64,000 nt of DNA from Macrostomum lignano (taxonomy: Eukaryota): assembly GCA_002269645.1 (NCBI GenBank), contig NIVC01001771.1:62001-126000 (forward strand). The letters run 5' to 3'. Every line of letters starts with the position of its first letter. The stretch's first letter is position 1. Shown here one piece after another: positions 1 through 12,797 of this stretch. The notes under the pieces are model-generated. The model saw only the letters and a program-made list of their open reading frames with translations. It did no database searches and was not told the origin of the DNA. A program made the position numbers and the translations under genes.

Positions 1-266
1 AGATCCCCACAGACTTAAGATAGATTGGGATTCCCACAAACTTCAGTTAGATTATAAATAGAACCGGTTGTTCAACAATTAAGGGAACAATTTTCATTGA
101 ATAATGGAATACTAACTCATCAGTTTAAAAGGCTGAAATTGTATAAATATTTTACACTTAAATATTATCTGATCAGCGCACTAGCAGCACTCTCCTGGCT
201 CCCCCTAGAAGTAGAAAACAGAGAATCCGAAAACCACGCGGGCACCCCAAACGAGTTCGTTAGTCG

Positions 267-3200
267 TCAAGGCGAGTCCGCATCCACGCCACCAGCTGCC
301 GGACGAGGAGGCGACTGCGTATCATCTTCCTCATCATCAGAATCCTCTTCGACATCATCATCGGCATCTTCGCCCTCAGCCTGCTCATCGTCGTCGTCAT
401 CATCGTCGTCCAAATCGACACCGTCGCCCTGCTGACGCCGACGCCAGCGTCTGGCCAGGCTGAGCAGCCGAAGATTTGGCTGCTGCTGCTCGTCCGGGAA
501 CAGCAGCTCTTCGAATTCTTCCCAGCCGCCGTCGTCTGTACGGCGACGCCGAGTGGCCCGTTCGGGCATGAGGCCAGCGACCCGGCGCACCCGGGGATCC
601 CGGTCCACGGCGTCGGGGTCGTCGCCGCCGGCCTGTCGCTTCTCGAACTCCAGCCAGGCCTCCAGCAGGGTGAGCCGCTGCTGCGGGTCGCGGCCAAACC
701 GCATAGCGGCATCGGCCTCGGAGTAAATCTGCCTGGCAGCGTCAGCACCGTCGCCGTGGGCCTCCTCGAAGCTGGCGAAGCTCAGCCACACCTTCACGTG
801 CTGAGTCCGTTCGAGCAGCTCCCTATAGAGCGACCTGGCTTTGGCGAATTCTTCAGCTTCGATTTCAAAATCAATGAAACCTTTCCACAGCAGCTCGGGC
901 AGGTCCAGGCGGGGCTGGCCCACTGCCAACCGGTAGATCGCCCTGGCCCGGTCCAGGTCGCCCAGTACAGTCTCGAATTCGGCGAATCGCATCCAGGTCT
1001 GACAGTTCTCTGGCGAAAATTCTAGAAACTTCTCGTATAATCGGCGGCAACGATCGAATTCTCGCAGTTGAATTTCCAATTCAATGTAGCCGCGAAACAG
1101 TCGCTCCTTGGGACAGCGGCCGAGCGCCTGGCCTAGCAACCGCCTCGCAGCCGTAACGTCGCGTTGTCTGATTTCAAATTTAGCAAATAGTAGCCAAATT
1201 TTAGCAAAGGTGAACTTCTTATGCGGTAGCACTGTCAGGCAGGTCTGGTAGACTTCTCTAGTGCGCGGAATATCACCGGCAACCAGCTCCTCGAATAGGG
1301 CATAGTAGATCCACAGGTAGATGTACCGGCGCCAATGCTGCTTCTCCTCTAGGGGCGGCAGGCAGGCAATCGCTCGCTCGTAGATTCGTCGCACATCGTC
1401 CACCTGTCCGGTGCTGGCCAGCTCCTCCTCGGCCAGGCGGATATAATCGAACCAGGCGTCGTAATTAAGCGGATTGTCTTCTAATTCGGCTTCGTATTTT
1501 ATCCGGCGCTTACTAATAACAACGCTTTCGATTGCGCCCCGGTCGCCGTACTTTTTCTCGTGCACAGTGTAGGCTTTGTAGATGTCGGCCTGCTCAGATT
1601 TGGGCAGATTGTCCAATGCAAACCGGTAGATGAATCTGGCCCGCTCGTGCTCCTTCTGGCGCTCTTCGAATCGGGCGAATTCTATTAGCAGACGGGCGTC
1701 GGGATTCTCGTTGCCGTAGAATTCTACGCCACGTTCGAACACCTGGGGTTGGGAACGGGCGGGACGCCGGTTATACATGTAGGTTTATTTGAATAGGCTT
1801 CTTGCGATAAAAGGGTAAGGTATAACGAAAGAGTAGGCCAAGGTCTCTGAGGAAAGTCAGATAAAGGAATCAAAACGTGCGCCAGGAGTCAGCAGATAAG
1901 GGGAGAGGGGTAAGGGGGTCAGCAGATAAGGGGGGAGGGGTAAGGGGGTCAGCAGATAAGGGGGGAGGGGCAAGGGGATCAGCAGATAAGGGGGGAAGGG
2001 GCAAGGGGGGCAGCAGATAAGGGGAGGGGCAAGGGTGTTAAGAGATAAGGGGGCCAGCAGATAAGGGGTAGGGGCAAGGGGGTCAGCAGATAAGGGGGAG
2101 GGTCAAGGGGGTCAGCAGATAAGGGGTAGGGGCAAGGGGGGCAGCTGATAAGGGGGTCAGGGGGTCAGCAGATAAGGGGGAGGGTCAAGGGGGTCAGCAG
2201 ATAAGGGGTAGGGACAAGGGGGCAGCAGATAAGGGGGTCAGCAGATAAGGGAGAGGGTCAAGGGGTTAGTAAGCAAAGGAAAAGAGGTCAGCAGACCAAA
2301 GGAGGGTCAATGAGGACAGAAAAAAGGGGACAGCCAAAAAAACCGTGCAGCAAAAACTAGCGCAATAAAGTACATCATACAAAGAAGCAAAAAGCTTACC
2401 TGTCTAGCGCTAGCCAGATATCCGTTCCGTTCTTCAAACTTGGCGTATTTGATCCAATTCTTTGGCTCCGGGTGGACAAGCACGAACCTCTCGTAGATAT
2501 ACCTGGCCCTGTCCAACTCTTTGTAGCGCAGCTCAAAGTTAATGTAAGAATGCCAGGCCTGCTCGTCCGGCTCCCATTCCATGAATCTCTCGAACACCTG
2601 CCTGGCCCCGGCCACATTGCCCAGCATCTCCTCCATATAGGCGTATTTGTACCAGAACTGGTTCACTCTGGGCAGTATGCTCACGGCCCGATCGAATATG
2701 TTCCTGGCGTGGTTCACCTGACCGATGCATTGGTGGGGTGTGGTGGTGATATTCTAGAACTCTGGTGTTTTTCAGTATCACCCTCCATGATTCTCCAGTG
2801 ACTGCTGCTATCACCCTCCATGATTCTCGAGTGACTGCTGCTATCACCTTCCATGATTCTCCAGTGACTGCTGCTATCACCCTCCATGATTCTCGAGTGA
2901 CTGCTGCTATCACCTTCCATGATTCTCCAGTGACTGCTGCTATCACCCTCCATGATTCCCCAGTGGCTGTTGCTATCACCCTCCCTGATCCTTCAGTGAC
3001 TTCTCCTAGCCCCCTTCCTGATCCTTCAGTAGTTTCTCCTAGCGCCCTCCATGATTCCCCAGTGGCTGTTGCTATCACCCTCCCTGATCCTTCAGTGACT
3101 TCTCCTAGCCCCCTTCCTGATCCTTCAGTAGCTTCTCCTAGCGCCCTCCATGATTCTCCAGTGGCTGCTGCTATCACCCTCTCTGATCCTTCAGTAGCTT

Positions 3201-4132
3201 CTCCTAGCCCCTCTCTGATCCTTGAGTAGCTTCTCCTAGTCCCCTCCCTGATCCTTGAGTAGCTTCTCCTAGCCCCCCTCCATGATTCTCCAGTGGCTGC
3301 TGCTAACACCCTCCCTGATCCTTCAGTAGCTTCTCCTAGCCCCCTCCCTGATCCTTGAGTAGCTTCTCCTAGTCCCCTCCCTGATACTTGAGTAGCTTCT
3401 CCTAGCCCCCTCCCTGATCCTTGAGTAGCTTCTCCTAGTCCCCTCCCTGATACTTGAGTAGCTTCTCCTAGCCCCCTCCCTGATCCTTGAGTAGCTTCTC
3501 CTAGCCCCCCTCCATGATTCTCCAGTGACTGCTGCTAACACCCTCCCTGATCCTTCAGTAGCTTCACATAGTCACCTCCCTGATCCTTCAGTGGCTTGTC
3601 ATAGCCCCCTCCGTGATCCTTCAGTGGCTTTTAGCCCATAGATTTTTTATCTCATTTCTGCAGTGAACTTTCTTTAGCAATTATCTGACACAAAGTTTAA
3701 TATAAATCCAAGTCTAACCTGTTTGTGCTTCATCTCCATCTCAGCGTATTTAATCCACAGACTGGGACTCCTATAATCAACGTCCAGCGCCCGCTCGTAA
3801 ACACTCCTAGCCTTGAACAATTCGCCTTGGTCCTCTTCGAAAGCGGCATATTTGATCCAATTGTGCAGCGAAGTCCGATTTTTTCGTATATTATCCTCAT
3901 ATTCTTTGCGTTTACGGAGCTGGAAATCGCGCAGCTCGGCCATGCTGCTGATTTTCTGCTTCGGAGGAGCAGCCTGCACTTCCAGTTCGCGCTCTTTGGC
4001 CTCGCGCAGCAACTGCTCGGCTGTGATCTGCACCTGATTGGCCATCTTATTTTTAGCCTTCATAGATTTGGCCAGCTTGGCCTGGCGGCCCCGAGCGCCG
4101 CTGCCCAGTTCTTCAGTGTCATCAAAATCCAT
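267..4132 (-). CDS. CRNKL1: Crooked neck-like (Clf1/Syf3) HAT-repeat splicing factor, 735 aa; exons 4132-3719, 2717-2400, 1742-267
   Basis: Three ORF pieces join at GT-AG sites, all phase 0 (CAG|gttaga..tcag|GTG; CAG|gtaagc..cccag|GTG). HAT repeats include [30 protein letters not shown] and [10 protein letters not shown]. The C-terminal [19 protein letters not shown] and acidic tail match the crn family. Confidence 0.97.
1885..2270. repeat. G-rich ~31-bp minisatellite in crn intron 2
   Basis: Repeated GGGGGTCAGCAGATAAGGGGG(A/T)GGGG(C/T)AA. Confidence 0.9.
2775..3640. repeat. 33-bp minisatellite (two related unit types) in crn intron 1
   Basis: CCCTCCATGATTCTCCAGTGACTGCTGCTATCA and CCCTGATCCTT(C/G)AGTAGCTTCTCCTAGCCC variants; these produce the 11-aa-period spurious ORFs. 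Confidence 0.92.
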
Positions 4133-4275
4133 GGCTGTTGTACAGGCCTAGCTATGGTCGATGGGGCAGACAATTTGCATCAAATTTTCGGGTCAAGTGG
4201 CTGCGCTATTCAAAGGAATATCAATTTTTATTCATTCATTTACTTCACTGATGGGACACAAGCCAAATGAGATGA

Positions 4276-4550
4276 TGGGACACTCTGGATGAGACATGAG
4301 CACTCTGGATGAGGCATAAGCACTCTGGATGAGGCATGAGCACTCTGGATGAGGCATAAGCACTCTGGATGAGGCATAAGCACTCTGGATGAGGCATAAG
4401 CACTCTGGATGAGGCATAAGCACTCTGGATGAGACATGAGCACTCTGGATGAGACATGAGCACTCTGGATGAGACATGAGCACTCTGGATGAGGCATAAG
4501 CACTCTGGATGAGACATGAGCACTCTGGATGAGGCATGAGCACTCTGGAT
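4276..4550. repeat. 20-bp minisatellite upstream of crn, ~14 units
   Basis: GCACTCTGGATGAG(A/G)CAT(G/A)A. Confidence 0.95.
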
Positions 4551-6760
4551 AAAAAAAGTTTGTTAACCATTAAATAGTGTTTTGTATTGAATACTATAAA
4601 TGCAATCTTATTTCTACTTTTATGGCCAACATTAACTTTGTTTTAATGTTAATATTGGTTTAAATGTTTAACAAACAATGGTTTTAATGTTTCCAGATAA
4701 AAATTCATAATTATAATATAATTTATCTAAGAATATCTATCCAATTATATGGTAAGTTGTATGTATCAACTTATATGGTAAGTTGAATTCTATCACAAAC
4801 TCTTTCAAGAGAATTCATTATTCTAGAATATTCAATGGAAAAACTATAAATATAAAGCACTTGCAATCAAATGGTTATAGCATTGCATCTTACTTTGCAT
4901 ACCCCTATTGGAATAAATGTTAAAAACCCACAGACGTGCACTTTAGAATGGAGTCAAATTATTTTATTGTGCTTTAGCATTATTAGAGATGTTCCAAAAG
5001 AGCATTTTCTGTCAAAATCAAAATTTGCTAACTTTCTAAAATCAAAATTGAATTTTCTGAAATCAAAATTAAGAAAAACAAAGTTTAGTATGACCAACAC
5101 TCACTTTTTTACTTTCAATATACTCCTTATGTAAAACAAAATACATGTATATGTAGTAGACATTAGCTTTTTTAGCCACTTTTTAGACACAAAATTTTGA
5201 CTTCCATTTTTTCATTGAAATTCAAATTTGCTCTTAAAAATTCCAATTCTGAGAAAATTGAAATCAAATTTTGAAATATCTGTAAGCAATATAAATGACA
5301 AGCGTATAGGCCCTTTCCACAGAGGTATTAGGCCCTTTTTCATGTATATTTATTTGCTGAAGCAGCAGCCAACAGGAAAGGGTAGTACGTGTATAGGCAT
5401 TATGCACCTGTGCATGCAATGCACTTAAAAAATGTCAAAAGTGTGCTGGACACTGTCTGCAGTTTTACAACTTTTTCCTGTAGGGTTGCAAACTAACTTG
5501 TTTTCAATTTTAATAATCAATATACCTAAAAACTAATTCCTTTATATCTTATTTATTTAACTGTGCTATAAAACTCATAAATTTAAAAATGACTATAGGA
5601 TAGATAAATTTAAAATATGAATTGCTTCATTATCATTTGGTAAAGGCCTAAGATATTAAAAAAGTAATCCAAATAATAATAAACAGCAATCTTTTGGATA
5701 AGGATCATTGCTTAACTTAATATTTGGTAAACAATCAATCCCTATTGACATTTTTCTCAATTCTCTATACAAATGGAAGAAACTAAAATGTTTAAATAAG
5801 TTAAATTGTCATTTAAATAGTCAGCCTATATATAATCAGTTTTGGAAGGCAATCATTTCTATGCAACTTTTAGAAAGGAATGATTATGTTCCAAAGGTTT
5901 TTCATGGTGTGATGCACACAAAAAGCAAATTTCAATTTGGAGAAGAACATTTTTATAAAATTCAAAGCTTAATTTGATAAACATCATAAGGTACTATACA
6001 TTGGGTTAGGTACCTACTGAATATTTCCCAAAAGTAAGAACTATACTTTTGATTAACAACCATTTGCATGTACTAGTAAAATTGAAATGATCATCTTCCA
6101 AAATGCATTGCATAAGACTCTTTGTGTCTAATAATTTGGTTGATTATTTATTTTTCTTGTCTATACCATTTACAATAAAAATTTAATATGCATAAGCTTT
6201 TGTTTAAATGCATTATTAATGAGTTTAAAAGCTAGAAAATTTGAAATTTATGCTAAAATATGAACATTTTCAATTTTTTTCCACTTAACACTAATTTTTC
6301 CATGTGATTCTATGAAGTGCATGCTAAGTATGTATGTACATTATTTTTAAGAGTTATGCATGCCAACTTTAGGCATGCATTGCAAGGCCATTTTTGGGCA
6401 TATATTACATGATCTGGAATATAGTCTATGAATGCTAAAAAATTAAGATTTTTAATATCAGAAATAGTTTGTTATATTGTTTAAAGCATTTCTACTTTAT
6501 TTATTAAAAAAATTTTTAAAGTGATTGCAATTTTATTTGATAATCATTATCCAATAGATTGCCTAATATTATAATAAAAATTAAGCCAATTATATACTTA
6601 TTCTTCATTTTTAATTGCCAAATCATAATTTATTAGAAATTTCTCATATATCTTATAATTTATATTTCAATATATTATCTCCAATATAGAAAATGGGTTA
6701 TTACCAAAATGGTCTATATATAAACATTTCAATTTGGTATTTAACATTCTTTAAAAGTTA

Positions 6761-8114
6761 TACTTCGGCTGTCCGGAAAGTCGCGAGAATGTATTTAAAA
6801 AACCAGTCAGAACTATCAAAAAACAAGATAACAGCACTAGTTGGTAATGTAATCTCCCCTTGCATTGATTACAGCTTGGCAATGGTCAACGAGTCGCTGA
6901 ACCTCTCTTTTTAAGCAATCTTCGTCAAGGCCTCTTGCCCACTGCAACACAGCTTCTCGAACTTCATTGTGGTCGCTGAATACTCGCCTGGAGAAATCAT
7001 TCTTCATCCAACTGAACAAAAAACGGTTGCACAGATTGAAGTCTGGGCTGTAAGGACTCTGAAATACCAGCTGAACTCCACGGGACTCCATGTACTGCTG
7101 CACAGAACGGGCTACATGAGGTCGCGCATTGTCCTACTGCCAAAGAACACCCGACAGGTGAATTGGCTTTGACCTCAGAGTACGCCATAGGTCTCCCGTG
7201 TGCCGAATGAATTCAACTATGCCATCTGCATCAACAGTTTGCTTTGGGGCTGTGGATTTAATGGAGAAGCGCTTGCTTGGAGTGAAAGCAACCAGAAGCA
7301 TTGTCTTTGCATTCCCGACTGAGTGCCTGACAACCTGGGGCCGATGATCTCCTTGGCCAAGCCAGCACCTGTTGTTTTGCTTTGTTCCAGTGTTGTTTAG
7401 GTACACCCATGTCTCATCTTCCACCATGTACTTGTCGCAAAAGTTTTCCACCCCCTCGTTATAAAAAAGCCTGCGGATTTGCTTGGCACAATTGATGCGA
7501 GCAGTCTTGTTCTCCTCGGATAGAGCATAAGGAACCCAGATGGCAGAAATGTTTCAAAGGTGCAAATCCTTGGTCAAAATTTTGCGCACTGTTGTTTTAC
7601 CAACTTCCAAAAAGTTGGCGAGGTCTCGGACACTAACTTTTGAATCCTCTTCAACGAGAGCTCGGCAGGTTTCGATTAGTTCTGTTGTCCTTGTTGACCG
7701 TGGCCGGCCAGTCCGAGGAGCTGAGGCCAGGGGAAATGCTTCATCATGGAACTTTGAGTGCCATCTGTAAACCATTAACTGACCTGGTGCGGCATCTCCA
7801 TAAACTTTAAGTAGTTGATCATAACAACTAATAACAGAGATTCCAAGACAGTATCTAGCGTAGGCATAAGCCTAGAAATCTTCCATTTTGACGAACTCAC
7901 TATTAAATTTTTTAAGCTTGATCACCGTGTTGCATTGGTTATTGAGCACTTTATGCTGAGCTCGCCCCTGCCCCCAATTTTGCTGCTAGAATAACAAGAA
8001 TTTTCACCATAGATATATATGTCTATTATTGAAATTTTATGTGTGCCATGTCATCAGCTTGCTGCTTTCTTACTTGACTAACACATTCTCACGACTTTCC
8101 AGACAGGCAAAGTA
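6761..8114 (-). mobile_element. Full-length mariner (Tc1/mariner, DD34D) DNA transposon, 1354 bp
   Basis: 32-bp TIRs 6761-6792 and 8083-8114 (28/32 identical), TA target-site duplication at 6759-60 and 8115-16, transposase inside. Confidence 0.95.
6837..7886 (-). pseudogene. Inactive mariner transposase, 349 codons with 3 in-frame stops
   Basis: One frame from ATG 7886: GRPR AT-hook, WVPYAL (WVPHEL-like), EDETW, DNARPH, YSPDFNLC(N). Stops at 7872-74, 7554-56 and 7134-36. The third catalytic D (34 residues after DNA) is N at 7026-28. Confidence 0.93.
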
Positions 8115-9739
8115 TAATATAAATAATAAAAAACTTAAATATAACTAATAGAAATGTTTCTACACTTAGGAATTAAGATATAAAATTAATTGGTTAAAAC
8201 TTAAAATGAGATATATTCTTTTTTATAAGTAAAATACTATCCAGGCATGAGGGAATGGGAAGGGGGGATAGAGGGGATTTCCCCGCCAAAGTTGAAGAGC
8301 TTGACCAAAACTTTTTTGTTGCCCTTTGTTGCTATACATACTACCATATACTTCTGTCATAGCACTTTTACCTTGGTGTATCCCCTTGTAGAAAATTCAC
8401 CTTGGTGTATCCCTCCATAGGAAATTCCTGGCTACACCCCTGATATATCATTATAAACATAGACAAACTAATAAAATATTCAAAATTGATTGGTGACATT
8501 ATTTATTATCCACTAGTGAAATTATGTTTAATTAGAAATATTACATTTTTGGCATATAATAATTTACAATAAAGTAACTTATGTCTTTTTTCAGCAGGCC
8601 ATAGCAACAGGCCTAATGTCGAATGATTATCAAATCAATATTATTGTCTATATTGAATTAGGCCTAGGCCCTAGTGGCCGTGGCCCTATTATTAATATCT
8701 ATGGCTTTCAAAATAGACCTAATTCCTATTTACCACATGGATCAGATATACTGGTCATTGTTTGTTTTGCTTATCCCATAGTTTTATTTTCATCCATACA
8801 TTTATTTAAGCTAGGCTAATTGCTTGACCTACACTGGGACTGATAGTTAATATTATACACAATACATGTCGTTGGTGTCCCGTCCATTAATAAAAACTCT
8901 AGATGGAGACCGGGGCGGACTATGTTAGTCATTACAGCTATGATAGCCATGTCGATGTCATATTGTCAATGTGGTCGTGTGTGAGTGGATAATGTTTCAT
9001 TGACGGGATATGTTTTAAAATCTATAAAAAGCACAATGCGAAAAAATTACGCTAAATCGTGATGTTCGATATTTAATTTTTAACTTGAACTAACAATTAT
9101 TTTTGTTCTGCTTTCCTAATTAAAAGTTTTACTTTCAAAAAAGGACTGAAACGGTGCTAAAAATTGCTTAAATATTTTTTACGGGTTCTAAGAGCACAAA
9201 AATAAAAATATTAGAACCCTACTAATGACGGTGTGTTGACATCAGCTGATATGCTTCATGGACGAATCTTTCAATTTCTATTCGAAACGGCACCCAGGAG
9301 CGCAAGGGGTAGCGGTGCCATATCAGCTTGCAAAAAGGTGCCAGCCCTATTGGAGGGTCGCAGCCCCCTTAAAGCTGCGCGCGCCTCTGGTGATCGCACT
9401 GTTGTACAGTGTTGAGAGTTGAATAAAATCGCGTTACCAACGACCAAACTAGAGGTAGAGTCATAAATTTTTTGCCTACTTCTTTATTGTGAATTAAACT
9501 ATCTAATACATAATTTCTGTAAATAGGGGTCTAGGGAAGGACCACTAAGAAGTTAAATGCTTAGTTAGTGTTACATGCTCAAAATTAGATCGACATTCTT
9601 CCTTACTTTTCTCAAAAATTTCTGACATACAGTACATGTACACGTACATGTAGAGTATTCGTGCTATGCGTACTGCTATCAGTGGCCATGACGACCCGCG
9701 AGGTCGTAAAGTGAAGTTCTGAATCATTTAGTAGATATT

Positions 9740-12011
9740 GATTGCGGATGCGACGCCCTGCTCAAGAACAGGGACCTGAACTCCTGCACGCTGGAGGAGC
9801 TGGTTGAGCGGGCCATGAGGCTGGAGTAAATCGCAAGCTACGGCAAACCAAGCAACTCGCCCACTTTGGCGAGGCGACGATTGACTGATAAGGCTGGCCT
9901 GGAGCTATTTTTTTAATCAGACAGCTGGAGACCCTGTCGGCTGTGGTTGAGGGGCGGCAGCGCGAGAGAACGCGGTGGCGGTAGGCCGAGAGATCGGTCA
10001 TCAAGCTGCTTTTGGTGTGGCAAGAAGGCCCTATTGTCTCCGGTGTACTGCCGGCGGATCTCAGGGCCGAGGTCCCTGCTTCAACTGCTCCGGCTGGGGC
10101 CACAGCGAAGCTGTCTGCCCGGCCATCAAAGGCTCAGCCGCCGGGAGCTTCTGATCGAGGGTTAGCGGGCGAAGGGCCAGCTCCAACCCGACAACTACGT
10201 GCCTAATCTGCACTCTCCATCTTCGTGCGCGCGCTTCTGCAAGGCAAGGAGGTCAGTTTCCTGCTCGATTCTGGCGCACAGACATCCCTGATCGTGAGGC
10301 CTCCAGCTCGAGCCCGATGTCTGATGAAAGCTGCTGCCCGACTGCGATCGATGAAAGCCGCTTGAGTTGCATCGGGACTGCCTGAGCCACAATTCAAATC
10401 GGCCAGTCAGTCAAGGTTCAAGATTCAGTCGCCAAGTTGTGCCGAGGAGGTGCGGCGATTCATTGACATGCTGTGCTGCAGACCAAGGAGTCAGAGAGTC
10501 GGCTGGCGCGTTGGCTCGAAATCATCCAGTCGTTCAGCTTCGCTCTCTGATACTGGCCAGGGCGAGAGAACGTGGGTGTCCGCGACGTGCTCAGTCGGAC
10601 AGTTGTGACTTGCTGGCAGAGCAGCTCCGTGACAGCCTTCTGCAGAATGTCTTCAAGATGATTAGTGAGATGATTAGATGATAGGTTTCGTCCACCTATC
10701 CCAGGGCTGTCGTCAGCGAATCGAAGACGTCTTAGCGAATGGCGACGTCGAGATCGGGCAAGACGGTGCGCTGGTCCGACAAGGCAAGCCGCCGCCGCCT
10801 GCAGCAGCCACCGAACACTGGACAATCTAGCCGACCGCTGCTGGTAGCCGGGCATGCAGAGCAACGTCAAGAACTGCGCCGCCTGTCTTCAGCAGAAGAT
10901 CCATAACAGTCGGCCGCAGCGGGCACCACTGCAAGCGACGCCACTGCTGTCGAGGCCATGGGAGATGGTCCAGATCGATATCAAGGGTTCGCTGTCAAGG
11001 ATGCCACGAGGCAACAGCTAAGTGCTGAGCATTTGTGACTGCTGCACCAAGTGGATGGAGACCTGCGCTCTGCCAAGCATCGAGACTGAGCGGGTGGCCG
11101 ACGCTATGGTCCGGCAGGTACCGCTTCGGGCAGGGCGTCCCAGACGCAATCCACAGCGACCAAGGACGTCAATTCGAAAGCCAACTGCTCCAGTCCCTGT
11201 GCCAGCGGCCCGGCATGCAGAAAATCCGCCGCGCACTTATGCTGGACAGCTGGTCGCAACGAGCGGTACAATATAGGGACTCCGGCCGTACAAGGAGGGC
11301 AGGCTGGTGATGTTGAGCTGCAAGGTGGTGAAATCTGGCAGATCGAAAAACCTCAGTAACCGCTGGTCCGGGCCGAGCATCATCCGGAAGAAGCTTGGCG
11401 AGGTCAACTACCGAGTGGAGCCGGCCGCGGGTCCTGAAATTCATGGAACGGTGCATCTCCTTACGACCCGGTGACAACCTGCAGGCGACCGCAGTCGAAG
11501 TTGATGACGGACTGGGCGATCCTCTGCTCCAGGCGCCCGATGCCTGGGTGAAGCTTCCTCTCAAGCTGTTCGACGGTGACGACGGCCCGGGTGTGAGACA
11601 GCGACCGAAACCAATCAGCAAAAGGCTCAGCTGCCGAGACGAACGGCCAGAGAACGACGACCTCCAAAATTTTTATCCTCCAAAGTTAATTCTTGACTTT
11701 CTGAGAACTTTTGCCATATACAATTTGTTGCGTCTTTTAAATCCTAGGGAGAGTGGTGTGATCATTCTTTGCACTTTCTATGCTCTGCTCATCGTGTTCC
11801 TCTTTTACGTTCTTTTGTTTGGGAGCGGGGGTTTCTTGAAAAGTGCGGCTGCGCCCGTGCGCGTGCGACTTTGCTGACGGATAACTCTGATTTGAACTGA
11901 ACCGAGCTGGCTTCATCAATAAGTGTAGTACTCGTATTATTGTTTTTCGAAACTTTTTTCATGCAAAAATGGCCGCTTGCATACTCCCAAATCATACGCT
12001 CGTAGATCACA
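9740..12011 (+). mobile_element. Degenerate Ty3/Gypsy LTR retrotransposon remnant (gag, protease, integrase, PPT, 3' LTR; RT/RNaseH and 5' LTR not seen)
   Basis: gag-like TLEELVERAMRLE; CFWCGKK..YC knuckle 10007-10051; protease LLDSGAQ 10261-10281; integrase HRTLD..W*PGM..CAAC, PWEMVQID, IHSDQGRQFES; GPY/F-like RWSGP..LGEVNYRV 11342-11420; stops and frameshifts throughout. Confidence 0.88.
11757..12011 (+). repeat. Putative 3' LTR of the Gypsy remnant (255 bp)
   Basis: Follows the polypurine tract AGGGAGAGTGG (11746-11756); bounded by inverted TGTGATC...GATCACA. Confidence 0.7.
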
Positions 12012-12040
12012 GCCAAAGTAAAAGTACCAAAATATCATTG

Positions 12041-12372
12041 TGTCGGGGTCTCGGGTATTACTGTTAGGGTAGCTGCGTTAGAGTGTCGGAGTGTCGAGGT
12101 TTCGGAATTTCGAAGCGTTGGATCATATGAGGGTCGGAGTGTCGATGTGTCGAAGCGTTGGATTGTACGTGTGTCGGAGTGTCGATGTGTCCAAGCGTTG
12201 GATTATACGTGTGTCGGAGTGTCGATGTGTCCAAGCGTTGGATTGTACGTGTGTCGGAGTGTCGGAATGTGCAACTTTCGAAGCGTCACAGCGTCAGAGA
12301 CCGAGGCCTCGTGTTGTTGAATAAAAACCGTGCAAAATCCTTGACGCCTAGTCCGAATTTCGAGAGCGCACA
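12041..12372 (+). repeat. Solo-LTR-like segment containing a 40-bp tandem repeat (~4.5 units, 12083-12265)
   Basis: TGT...ACA ends, AATAAA 12320-25, unit GTGTCGGAGTGTCGATGTGTCCAAGCGTTGGATTGTACGT; no clean TSD. Confidence 0.4.
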
Positions 12373-12754
12373 GCTTGTCGGCAGGGTGTCGGCAGACGCA
12401 GCAAAGAGCGCCAACAGGACGGAGTTGTCGCAGAACAGAAGAAAAGGCAGCCGCGGCCGACCACAACACACTGGCGGGATGTTTGCCCTGGGCACACAGG
12501 GCCGAGCACGCCAGCCAGTTGTTGGACTAAGGGGCCGGGCGGGGGTTGGAGGCGAAGTCTAAAAAAATTCGTGTCCCCCAAACACACATGCCATATTTTC
12601 CTTCTGCCAATCCGGGAATTCATTCGAGGAAAATGACCCGACCATGATCGTATTGAGCTTGAGAACCAGTTCTGGCAGTTCAACAGTGTCGGGAGCGCAC
12701 ACACCAAGGACCACTGGTAGTTAAGTAGCCCTGGTCTAGCCTAGTATTCCTTAG

Positions 12755-12760
12755 CGCGCG

Positions 12761-12797
<37 letters not shown>
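12755..12797. repeat. Compound (CG)n(CA)n(GA)n microsatellite
   Basis: Seen directly. Confidence 0.9.

Noticed and set aside
165-269. crn stop TGA-C with a 33-codon open extension
   Set aside because: The context is TGA CGA, not the strong TGA CTA motif; no conservation evidence is available
8240-9391. Possible CAGGGG-type MITE ends (CCTGGCTACACCCCTG ~8426-8441; GCGCGCCTCTG ~9380-9390)
   Set aside because: Matching opposite ends and TSDs could not be established
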